Assembly: GCA_963771275.1 (NCBI GenBank) | Contig: CAVYSW010000003.1 | Span: 1,632,001-1,696,000 of the forward strand | Length of the DNA: 64,000 bases | Source of the DNA: an uncultured Gemmatimonadales bacterium | GTDB lineage: Bacteria > Gemmatimonadota > Gemmatimonadetes > Gemmatimonadales > GWC2-71-9 | Reading direction: 5' to 3' | Shown: one piece after another, positions 45,123 through 53,863 of the stretch | How positions within the stretch are numbered: the first letter of the stretch is position 1 | How the letters are laid out: the number at the start of each line of letters is the position of its first letter | The notes under the pieces: generated by a model | The model's database searches: none | What the model was told of the DNA's origin: nothing | Seen by the model: the letters and a program-made list of their open reading frames with translations, nothing else | Made by a program: the position numbers and the translations under genes

Positions 45123-48100
45123 ATGCATTCACGCCTGATCAGCCGAGTGACGCGCGCCGTCCTGGTGGGGCTTGCCCTGGCAGTGATCGTGGGGCAGGCG
45201 GCCGCGCGTCCCAAGCCGGGCGCGCGCCAGTCGAGGGGGTTCAACCTCTTCGCGGGAGTCAACGTGAAGATGGTGGTGAACCGCGTTGACTGTAACATCA
45301 ACAACCTTGGCGAAGTGTGCGTCGACCCGACCAACTCGCCGAGCATCCCGGGTGGCTTCTGGCCGCGCGGGACGCCCGACCAGTACATCTTCAACTCCGG
45401 CCTGCAGCTCGCGGGGGTCATCCCGGCCAGCGCGGGCTTCGCGTGGGCCGGCGACACTGTGGGCGCCTACTTCATGGACCCGCGCGGTGACCAGGCCGTG
45501 GGCCGGGGCATCACGCAGACCTTCAGCTCGATCGACCCAGCCGACGCGGCCGCCTGGCCGTACGCCGCGTACGTCCGCGACACCGCGATCTATGCGTCGG
45601 CCCTGATCAACCGCCCCAACGTCTCGCAGCAGGACATGTGGATGCGGGCGTGGGACGGCGACCCGAGCCTCACGACCGGGCGGACCCACCCGATGGGGAT
45701 CCTGGTCGATCAGCGCGGGCTGGCCTGGAACTTCCCGACCGGCAACGAGGACATCCTCTATTTCGTCTACAATTTCATCAACATCACGCCAACCGATCGA
45801 TCCGTCTATCTGGCCAACCTGCCGCCATACCTGGCCAACGACGCCCAGGCGGTGGACGAGATCGTGGCCGTCGGGCAGCGCCTGCACGACGGGGCGGCGA
45901 CCACGCTCGGCGTGACCATTCCGAGCGGCGGGTACCCGATCGACAACATGTACGCCGCGTTCTTCATGGACCCGGACGTCGCCGACGCGAATTTCAACTA
46001 CTCGACGGCGGTGCTGCCGTTCAGCCTGGCCGTGGCGTACGCGAACACCTTCGAGGGGCTCGCCGGCTACCTCTTCCCGCCCGACATCTTCGGCGCGCCG
46101 TTCGCGGCCGCCCAGGGCTTCGTCGGCGTGAAGTACCTCAAGAGCCCGAAGAACCCGGCCACGGGTGAGGAATTCGGTCTCACCATGTTCTCCAACACGC
46201 TCAACTTGGGCACCGGCTTCCCGGACCCGACGGGCGTGATCCAGATGTGGCGCTATCTCTCCGGCAACATCAATACCTCCGCCGGGGACAACCCCTGCAC
46301 GTTCCCCAACCCGATCCAGCGGCGCCTGTGCTACTTGTCGCAGGACCCGGTGGACACGCGCTTCTTCCAGTCGTCGGGTCCGTTCTCGCTCGAGCCCGGC
46401 CAGGTCCAGACGATCGTCGTGGCATACGTCCACGCCGCACCGGTGGCGGCCGCGATCGTGGTCGGCAGCGACCTCAAGCCCGGCATCCCGTCGAGCGGCG
46501 CGCAGTTCGCGGCCGGCGACACCGCCCGGACCGTCGAGCGGGGAACCGGGTGGGTGAGTGCCACTGACGCGAACGGCAACGGCGTGATCGAGCAGCAGGA
46601 AGTCGAGACCGTGCCGCGCTCGCTGCTGTGGAAGTCCCTGGTGGCCCAGGCCGTGTTCGACAACAAGTTCCTGCTGCCGTTCGCCCCGGAGCCCCCGGCG
46701 TTCTTCCTCGTGCCGGGCGACAACCAGGTGACGGTGGTCTGGGAGCCCTCGCCGACCGAGGATACGGGTGATCCGTACTTCGTCGTGGCCGGCGCCCCGA
46801 CGGTGCCCGGCCCGGGTGGCGAGCCCGTGCCCAACCCGCTGTTTGATCCCAACTTCCGCCAGAAGGACGTGGAAGGCTACCGCATCTATCGCGGCCGCAC
46901 GTCCGGCAATCTGGCGCTGATCGCCCAGCTCGACTACGGGACCACCACGTTCGTGGACTACACCGGCGCGATCGACTACGGGCAGTGCGCGCCCGAGCTG
47001 GGCATCGTGGGCCCGAGCAGCACCTGCCCGGTGACGTTCGAGTACCCCGTCACCGAGATCCTGCCGACGACCCTGCATAACGACGTTGGCATCGTCGGCA
47101 ATGTGATTCAGGTCCCGGCCGGCGGTCGCGTGAAGCTGGCCGACGGCTCGGTGTTCGTCGTGAAGGCCGACACCGCGGTCACGGGCGGCAACACCGGCAA
47201 ACCGGCGCTGGACGATACCGGCGTGCCGTTCGCCTTCATTGATCGTGGCGTGATCAACTCGGTGACGTACTTCTATGCCGTCACGGCGTTCGACGTGAAC
47301 TCGCTGCAGTCGGGTCCGTCGTCGCTCGAGTCCCCCCCCATCGCGCGGTCCACGGTGCCACGGGCGTCCTCCAGCCAGCTCGCGCTGGGACAGCTCGGAT
47401 CCGTCAAGCTGCTCGGGGGCGACGACACCGAGCTCGACCCCAACGCCGCGCTGCCGACGATCGACCCGACAACGGGGATCTTCTCCGGGCCGATGCCGCC
47501 GACCGACGGTATCGATCTCGGTCTGGCGGCGTTCATCTCCGAGCTGCTGCCGACCGAAGAGGGCGCGGTCAACGTCACGATCGACTCGATCGTGCCGGGC
47601 TACGCCACGGGGCTGGGGAACGGCGCCGCGGAGACCCCCGTGACGTACTACTTCACCGGCCAGGGGTCCGGTGCTCCCGTCCAGTTCTCACTGGCGGTCC
47701 AGCAGGAGGTCACCAGCGACCTGGGCCACGGCTCGGCCAACTTCCCGGCCACGAACGTGGACTCGGCGCGGGCCTCGCTCTACGGCGGTGCGCAGAGCGC
47801 GTTCCTCGCCGGCAAGGTCTCGGTCACCATTCCGGGCGACTATCGGTTGGCATCGTACGGACGCGCCGCGGCCAATGGTGATCCGGAAGGCGCGTCGGAG
47901 CAGACCGGGCCACGCTGGTGGGCCGGGAGCGACAACGAAAACACCAACCTGCCCAACTCCGGCTACTGCGTGCCGTGGGCCTCCACCTGCGGCGGCGCAA
48001 CGCCGGTGCCGGATGTGACACTCACGGCCGGCAAGCTGCCGGGCGTGGATACGGTGTTCCATCCGTCGGGGTACATCTCGATTCAGAGCGTTCCGGGGCG

Positions 48101-49046
48101 GGACCTCGACGCCGCCTTTGCCGGGGTCGTGCGTGCCGCGGACTTCAGCGTCTACTGGGGTGCCGCAGGCGCGGTGGATTCCGTAATCGACGTGACGCAT
48201 CACGTCCCCGTGCCGTTCTCCACCAAGCTCCGGGCGTCCTGGGGCATTCTCAACGCGTCGGGATTCGCCGGTACGAACCAGGCGCTGACCGACGACCGGC
48301 GCAACGACGTGCTCACATGGGGCGACATCATCTGCGTGGACCCGGTGCCCGCGCTGATGGACGGCACCGGCACGCGCAAGTGCGGTGGCGCGGCGCAGAC
48401 GCCGGCCGTGTTCTCGCAGACCGCCGAGCTCAGCCTCATCGCGCCGCGCTCGTCGGGGGCCACGCAGCCGAACCTGGCCGCGCTCGCCGCATCAGTGGTG
48501 AGCACGCAAGGGTTCATCTTCTATCTCAACGGGCACTTCTTCCTGATGTCGATGGCCAGTCTCCCGGCCTCCGGCACGGTGTGGCATGCCCGGTTCTTCT
48601 CAGGCAACGTCACCGGGTACGCGGCCGACGCGAATTACGGCTTCGTGGGGGACATCCGGCCGCCGGCGGTGCCGGGCCTCAGGGTCGCGATCACGTACTC
48701 GGGATCGAGCCTGAACGACTCGGTGACTACCGACGCGATGCTGGCGAAGGTGCACACGCTGCCGGATCCGTACTACGTCACCAGCAACATGGAGATCACG
48801 ACGCAGCGGAAGGTGCTGAAGTTCGTCAATCTCCCGGCGCAGTGCGTGATCCGCATCTACTCGTTGAGCGGCGTGCTCGTGAACCTGATCGAGCACAACG
48901 ACCCGACGGGCGGCGGCGAGGCTACATGGGGTGTTCGCAACCGGAACAACCAGTTCGTCGCGTCCGGCGTGTACTTCTACCACGTCGAGACGCCCGACGG
49001 GAAGCAGAAGGTGGGCCGGTTCACCGTCGTCAACTACGCCCAGTGA
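45123..49046 (+). CDS. Large secreted protein with FN3-like segments and T9SS-like C-terminal sorting domain
   Basis: Signal peptide; PGDNQVTVVWE, EGYRIYR, YFYAVTAFD; C-terminal VHTLPDPY...KFVNLP..C.IRIYSLSGVLV...W..RN....VASGVYFYHV....K..RF.VV. Confidence 0.82.
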   Translation: MHSRLISRVTRAVLVGLALAVIVGQAAARPKPGARQSRGFNLFAGVNVKMVVNRVDCNINNLGEVCVDPTNSPSIPGGFWPRGTPDQYIFNSGLQLAGVIPASAGFAWAGDTVGAYFMDPRGDQAVGRGITQTFSSIDPADAAAWPYAAYVRDTAIYASALINRPNVSQQDMWMRAWDGDPSLTTGRTHPMGILVDQRGLAWNFPTGNEDILYFVYNFINITPTDRSVYLANLPPYLANDAQAVDEIVAVGQRLHDGAATTLGVTIPSGGYPIDNMYAAFFMDPDVADANFNYSTAVLPFSLAVAYANTFEGLAGYLFPPDIFGAPFAAAQGFVGVKYLKSPKNPATGEEFGLTMFSNTLNLGTGFPDPTGVIQMWRYLSGNINTSAGDNPCTFPNPIQRRLCYLSQDPVDTRFFQSSGPFSLEPGQVQTIVVAYVHAAPVAAAIVVGSDLKPGIPSSGAQFAAGDTARTVERGTGWVSATDANGNGVIEQQEVETVPRSLLWKSLVAQAVFDNKFLLPFAPEPPAFFLVPGDNQVTVVWEPSPTEDTGDPYFVVAGAPTVPGPGGEPVPNPLFDPNFRQKDVEGYRIYRGRTSGNLALIAQLDYGTTTFVDYTGAIDYGQCAPELGIVGPSSTCPVTFEYPVTEILPTTLHNDVGIVGNVIQVPAGGRVKLADGSVFVVKADTAVTGGNTGKPALDDTGVPFAFIDRGVINSVTYFYAVTAFDVNSLQSGPSSLESPPIARSTVPRASSSQLALGQLGSVKLLGGDDTELDPNAALPTIDPTTGIFSGPMPPTDGIDLGLAAFISELLPTEEGAVNVTIDSIVPGYATGLGNGAAETPVTYYFTGQGSGAPVQFSLAVQQEVTSDLGHGSANFPATNVDSARASLYGGAQSAFLAGKVSVTIPGDYRLASYGRAAANGDPEGASEQTGPRWWAGSDNENTNLPNSGYCVPWASTCGGATPVPDVTLTAGKLPGVDTVFHPSGYISIQSVPGRDLDAAFAGVVRAADFSVYWGAAGAVDSVIDVTHHVPVPFSTKLRASWGILNASGFAGTNQALTDDRRNDVLTWGDIICVDPVPALMDGTGTRKCGGAAQTPAVFSQTAELSLIAPRSSGATQPNLAALAASVVSTQGFIFYLNGHFFLMSMASLPASGTVWHARFFSGNVTGYAADANYGFVGDIRPPAVPGLRVAITYSGSSLNDSVTTDAMLAKVHTLPDPYYVTSNMEITTQRKVLKFVNLPAQCVIRIYSLSGVLVNLIEHNDPTGGGEATWGVRNRNNQFVASGVYFYHVETPDGKQKVGRFTVVNYAQ

Positions 49047-49052
49047 TTGACC

Positions 49053-49081
49053 GGGGCGTGGCGGCTCGGCCGCCACGCCCC
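49053..49081 (+). other. Intercistronic stem-loop
   Basis: GGGGCGTGGCGGC-TCG-GCCGCCACGCCCC, perfect 13 bp, no U-tract. Confidence 0.7.
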
Positions 49082-49100
49082 CGCCTCGGAGGCTGACATT

Positions 49101-50258
49101 ATGAATCGATTCCTGAGTGGAGTCCTCGTCGCGGCGCTGGGCGTGACAATGGCGGTGCCGGTTGCGGCACAGACAACGCCGACGACGAACAACACGGCCT
49201 ACGGCACGACCTCGGCCGAATTCCTGCTGCTCGGCGCCGGCGCCCGCGGTGCGGCCCTTGGCGGGTCGTTCGCCGCGATCGCCACCGACGTCGAGGCGCT
49301 GTACTGGAACCCCGGCGGGCTCGCGCAGCTCGAGCGCCCCGGGCTCACCGTCGGCACGTACAGCTACGTGGCCAACACTCGCTACACCTGGGCGGGAATC
49401 GCCTTCCCGATGGGAGGCGGCGCCCGCGCCATCGGCATCCAGGGGGGCAGCTTCGGGTTCTCCGGGCAGCCGATCTACACCCTGGAGAATCCCGAGGGCG
49501 ACGGCACGACGTACAGTGTCCGTGAGACCTTCGTGGGCCTGACCTATGCGCAGAACTTCTCCGACCGCTTCTCGGCGGGGATGACGGCGAAGTTCATCTC
49601 GGACCAGCTGGGCCTCGTGTCCGGTACCGGGTTCGCCCTCGACTTCGGCACCAACTTCCATGCCATGATCGGTCCACGGCCGATCCGCGCGTCGTTCGTG
49701 ATCCAGAACCTCGGTTCCACGATCAAGCACGACGGCCGCGGCCTCGACGTGACGGCCGTCCGGCCGCCGCCCCAGGGGCAGGTGGATCTGCCGCAGGAGC
49801 CGCAGCCGGCGCGCTACCAGACCAAGGACTTCGGGCTGCCGGTCGTGTTCCGCGTCGGTCTCGCCTTCGACTTCATCAGCATGGGGTCGGGACGGGTCAC
49901 GGCGCTCGGTGAGTTCACGCAGCCCAATAACAGCACCGCCTCGGCCAACGGCGGGCTCGAGGCGACGCTGCTCAACGTCGGCGGCACGGGATTCTCCCTG
50001 GCCGCGCGCGGCAGCTACACCTATCAGGCCGACAACAACTTCGACGCCAGCTGCGCGGCAGCCGGGTTCGGCTGCACCGGGACCGGCACGACATTCAGCA
50101 CCAACGTCAGCAGCAAGGATTGGCAGGACGGGCTGGCCCTGGGCGGCGGCGTCGGCTTCCGGTCCCGCAGCGGGTTCGGGCTGATGGTAGACTACGCCTG
50201 GCGGAGCCTGGGTCTGCTGGGTGGGACGAACTTCTTCAGCGCCACGCTGCATTGGTGA
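49101..50258 (+). CDS. porV: PorV/PorQ family outer-membrane beta-barrel
   Basis: Signal peptide; AEFLLLGAGARGAALGG, ALYWNPGGLA, GFALDFG, LPVVFRVG, VDYAW; GGAGG SD before ATG 49101. Confidence 0.85.
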   Translation: MNRFLSGVLVAALGVTMAVPVAAQTTPTTNNTAYGTTSAEFLLLGAGARGAALGGSFAAIATDVEALYWNPGGLAQLERPGLTVGTYSYVANTRYTWAGIAFPMGGGARAIGIQGGSFGFSGQPIYTLENPEGDGTTYSVRETFVGLTYAQNFSDRFSAGMTAKFISDQLGLVSGTGFALDFGTNFHAMIGPRPIRASFVIQNLGSTIKHDGRGLDVTAVRPPPQGQVDLPQEPQPARYQTKDFGLPVVFRVGLAFDFISMGSGRVTALGEFTQPNNSTASANGGLEATLLNVGGTGFSLAARGSYTYQADNNFDASCAAAGFGCTGTGTTFSTNVSSKDWQDGLALGGGVGFRSRSGFGLMVDYAWRSLGLLGGTNFFSATLHW

Positions 50259-50264
50259 GCGCGA

Positions 50265-50300
50265 CGCGTGGGGGACCGGCCGGTCCGGTCGCCCCGCGCG
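50265..50300 (+). other. Intercistronic stem-loop
   Basis: CGCGTGGGGGACCGG/CCGGTCGCCCCGCGCG, about 15 bp with one bulge. Confidence 0.6.
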
Positions 50301-50313
50301 AGGCTGAGCAGGC

Positions 50314-51693
50314 ATGACGAGGTGGACGTACGGCGCGGCGCTGTCCGCCGCGCTGGCGTGCGGCGCGCTGGCGGCGCAGCAGGCCCCCGGCGGTGACGCG
50401 ACGCTCGCCACGCGGCGGTTCTATCGGGCCGATGGGACGACGGCCGTCGAGGGGGTCTGCCGCGTGCCGTTCGCCATGCTCGAGCAGGTTCGCGGGGGCG
50501 GCGAGGCATTCGCGGCATACCGCGTGGCGCTCGTGGTGCGGGACTCGACGGGACTCGCGTTGACCGAGCAGTCCTGGTCGCAGCAGGTCCCTGTGCCGAT
50601 GCTGGCGATGGCGGGCGCGTCCGCGGGAGAGCAGTTCCGCTTCGCGCTCAACCCGGGACGGTACATGGTCGAGGTGAGCATCACCGACTCCGCATCCGGG
50701 CGGGTGGCGCGGACCACGACGGAAGTCACGGCATTCCGCGGGCGGCCGCTCGCCTCGGACCTCCTGCTGAGCGGAGCGATCCGGCAGGGCGGCGACTCGG
50801 TGCCGGCGGCTCCGGGAGAGGTCCGGCGCGGCGGTTTCCTCATCGCCGCGCAGACCGAGCCGGTGTTGACGCCGTCCAACACGCAGCTGTTCTACTACGC
50901 GGAGCTGTATCCCGGGACGGCGGCCGATGCGGAGCTCATAGCCCGGGTCGTGACGCCCGACGGGCGCCAGATCGTGGAAACGCAGCCAGAGAGCGTCCAC
51001 GTCGAGCCGGCGGGGGTGGTCACGAGCGGGGTGGACGTCGCCGGCCTGCCGGCGGGCGCCTACCGGCTGGAATTGGCGGTGCGGCTCGGCGACAGCACGG
51101 TCATGCGCTCGGCGCCGTTCCGGATGGGGGGGTTCGACACCGAGGCGGCACTCGCGCGCGTGGCAGGTCAGCGCGCGGCGGACATGCTCGCCTCCATGAC
51201 CGAGGACCAGTTGGACACGCTGTACCGGCCCCTGGTCTACATCATGGAGTCCGGCGAGCGCGGGGTGTACGAGGGCCTGTCACCGGAAGGAAAACGCAAC
51301 TATCTGCGCTCGTTCTGGCGACGGCGGGATCCCACGCCGGCCACGCCGGCCAACGAGGCGCAGGAGGACTATTACCGGTTGGTCGCGTACGCGACCCGGG
51401 CGTACCGCGAGGGTGGCGCCGGAGAGGTGCCGGGCTGGCGGACCGATCGCGGACGGATCTTCCTGCGGTACGGCGAGCCGGACGAGACGCTCAAGCGTCC
51501 CCAGGCCGGCGCGACGCAACCCTATGAGGTGTGGAAGTACACCCACGGGCGGTTCAGGAAGTTCGTGTTCTACGACGCTACGGGGCTGGGCCACTACGAA
51601 TTGATCTACACGGACGAGCAGCGGGAGCCGAGCCGGTCGGACTGGCAGCAACTGCTGGGGCGGGAAGCGGTGCTCGACGTGCAGCGGTTTTGA
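50314..51693 (+). CDS. GWxTD domain-containing protein
   Basis: Signal peptide; SDLLL; FWRRRDPTPATPANEA; GWRTDRGRIFLRYGEPD; PYEVWKY. Confidence 0.92.
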   Translation: MTRWTYGAALSAALACGALAAQQAPGGDATLATRRFYRADGTTAVEGVCRVPFAMLEQVRGGGEAFAAYRVALVVRDSTGLALTEQSWSQQVPVPMLAMAGASAGEQFRFALNPGRYMVEVSITDSASGRVARTTTEVTAFRGRPLASDLLLSGAIRQGGDSVPAAPGEVRRGGFLIAAQTEPVLTPSNTQLFYYAELYPGTAADAELIARVVTPDGRQIVETQPESVHVEPAGVVTSGVDVAGLPAGAYRLELAVRLGDSTVMRSAPFRMGGFDTEAALARVAGQRAADMLASMTEDQLDTLYRPLVYIMESGERGVYEGLSPEGKRNYLRSFWRRRDPTPATPANEAQEDYYRLVAYATRAYREGGAGEVPGWRTDRGRIFLRYGEPDETLKRPQAGATQPYEVWKYTHGRFRKFVFYDATGLGHYELIYTDEQREPSRSDWQQLLGREAVLDVQRF

Positions 51694-51728
51694 CGAACGA
51701 CACGTCCACTCGAATGAGCGAGGATCGC

Positions 51729-52766
51729 ATGCAACGACATCTCTTGGGGCTGGCAGCTCTGGCCGTGGTGCTCGGGGCCGCGGGCTGCGTGAAGGACCCG
51801 ACGAGCGGCTTGGCCGGCACTCCCACGCGGATTGTCGCCTCCTACGCGAAGCTGCTGATGACGGAGGGGGACACGGTGCGGGTGACGGCCGAGCTGCGTG
51901 ACGAGCAGGGTGCCCCCCTGAACATCATGCCCGTGGCTTCCGCTCCGACGCCGGCGGTTGTGGACGTCGTGGACCAGGAACAGGCCTCGCCGCAGCCCTA
52001 TCTCCAGTTTGACGTTGCGGGTGTCGCGGCGGGCGCGGGCATCATCGTCCTGTCGTATGAGAACCTGGCGGACACGATCACCGTCGCGGTGTTCCCGGTC
52101 GTGTTCGACGGCGCCGTGGCCGTGAAGACCGGTGGCCAGCTCGACACCGTGACCATCGCCGCCGGCAGCGTCGTGTCGTTCGACCCGGCCGCGACCACGG
52201 TGACGATCGATGGAGAGCCCGCGCGCATGCTGACGGTGACCGCCGACGCGATCACCGCGATCGCGCGCAATACCGGCGCCGTCGCCACCGCCCAGATCAC
52301 CATCGACAACGTGGTGTTCCTGGCCGGCACGTCCGACGAAACGCCGATTCAGTCAATCGACGCCGAGGCGACGCCCGCCATCCGGGGCGAGAGTACCGAG
52401 CCCGCCAACAACGATCCGGCAACCGCGCCGACCGTGGCGGCGGTGAACGGATTGGTCGAGGGGCTTATTTCCAGCACGGACGCCGACGACTTCTGGGCGT
52501 TCACGCTGGCGACTCCCGCGGATGTCACGATCGAAGTCTCCTTCGATGATGACGGCGGCTCGCCCGATATCGACGTGTACCTGCTTGGTCCAGCCCCGGT
52601 GGGCGACAACTACTGCGATCTCGACGGGTGCAGCATGGGGACGGGGGCGCAGCCGGAGGGCGGCACGTTCACGCTTCCCGCCGGCACCTACTACGTCGAC
52701 GTCGAGTGGTTCGACGACGGCGACGCGACGGGACCGTTCTACTACAAGCTGAAGGTGACGACCTAG
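51729..52766 (+). CDS. Acidic lipoprotein with Ig-like and PPC-like domains
   Basis: Lipobox AAGC; DADDFWAFTL, DIDVYLL and GTYYVDV match the pre-peptidase C-terminal (PPC) pattern. Confidence 0.75.
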   Translation: MQRHLLGLAALAVVLGAAGCVKDPTSGLAGTPTRIVASYAKLLMTEGDTVRVTAELRDEQGAPLNIMPVASAPTPAVVDVVDQEQASPQPYLQFDVAGVAAGAGIIVLSYENLADTITVAVFPVVFDGAVAVKTGGQLDTVTIAAGSVVSFDPAATTVTIDGEPARMLTVTADAITAIARNTGAVATAQITIDNVVFLAGTSDETPIQSIDAEATPAIRGESTEPANNDPATAPTVAAVNGLVEGLISSTDADDFWAFTLATPADVTIEVSFDDDGGSPDIDVYLLGPAPVGDNYCDLDGCSMGTGAQPEGGTFTLPAGTYYVDVEWFDDGDATGPFYYKLKVTT

Positions 52767-52793
52767 CGCGTACCAACGGCGCGCGCCAGTCGG

Positions 52794-52840
52794 AAAACCG
52801 CCCCCGGGGGCCGCGTTTGGCTCCCCGGGGGCGGTGTGTT
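52794..52840. terminator. Bidirectional intrinsic terminator
   Basis: ACCGCCCCCGGGG/CCCCGGGGGCGGT stem flanked by AAAA and GTGTT, between convergent genes. Confidence 0.75.
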
Positions 52841-52871
52841 CCTCCCGCCGGGTGACCGGTCCCGCGGTCCC

Positions 52872-53780
52872 CTACGCCGCGGCCTCCCGCCGCCCTCCTC
52901 CGAGCCACACCAGCACGACCAGCGCGACCCACACCAGCGCACCCACAGCGCCATGCGCGACCCGGACCGGCATCGGCAGGTGTTGCAGCACCATGATTGC
53001 CGCGATGGTGACCTGCGCCGCCAGCAGACCCAGCACGAGCCAGAGCGCTGCCATGAAGCCCTCGGGCTCGTGCCGCCCCCGGCCCCGGGCCACCATCCCG
53101 ATCACGTGCAGGAAGAGCCCGTAGGCGATCAGGCGGTGCATCCAGTGGACGTGTGCCAGCCCGCCGCCCGCGGACGGCCACAGGCGGCCGTCGCACAGCG
53201 GAAAGCCGCTGCAGGCGAAGCCCGCGCCGAGATTCGCCGTGAGCGCGCCCAGCAGCAGCGCGACCGCCGCCATGACGGCGGCGACCACCGCGCTGCGCCA
53301 GGCCGGCGCGGAAGCCGGCGCCGCGGGGCCGGCCACGATCCGATGGGCTCGCAGCGCCGCGACGCACAGCGCGGCCAGCAGCGCCATCGCGTTCGCGAGA
53401 TGCACCACCACGACCGCCGCCGGCAGCTCGAGCCAGACCGTGACGGCGCCGAGCAGGCTCTGAACCACGAGCAGCACGGCGGCCAGCACCACCGGGCGAA
53501 GTACCCCACCCGGGCCCGCCACACCCGGCGCGCCGCGCCTGAGCCAGGCCGTGAGAAACAAGGCCGCGACCAGGACGCTCAGGCCCAGCACCGCGAGGCG
53601 GTGTCCCCACTCGATCATCACCGGCAGGTTGTCGAGCGGGGGAATGATGTGGCCGTTGCACAGTGGCCAGTGATCGCCGCAGCCCAGGCCGGAGCCGGTG
53701 ATCCGGACGATCGGGGAGAGCGCTACCAGGAGATAGCCGAAAGCCGCGGTGGCCGTGGCGAGGGCACGAAGGGATCGCAT
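52872..53780 (-). CDS. ctaA: Heme A synthase (COX15/CtaA)
   Basis: GSGLGC..WPLCNG, IEWGHR, VVHL, AC..FPLCDG, HWMHR, VAHG. Confidence 0.92.
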   Translation of the reverse strand: MRSLRALATATAAFGYLLVALSPIVRITGSGLGCGDHWPLCNGHIIPPLDNLPVMIEWGHRLAVLGLSVLVAALFLTAWLRRGAPGVAGPGGVLRPVVLAAVLLVVQSLLGAVTVWLELPAAVVVVHLANAMALLAALCVAALRAHRIVAGPAAPASAPAWRSAVVAAVMAAVALLLGALTANLGAGFACSGFPLCDGRLWPSAGGGLAHVHWMHRLIAYGLFLHVIGMVARGRGRHEPEGFMAALWLVLGLLAAQVTIAAIMVLQHLPMPVRVAHGAVGALVWVALVVLVWLGGGRREAAA

Positions 53781-53863
53781 GGGCGAAAAGGTCGCGAACG
53801 GTGCGCCGCGGGACAAGCGCCGGGCCGCTTGTGACCCGCCCCGGCCCGTGCTAGTCTAGCCCG

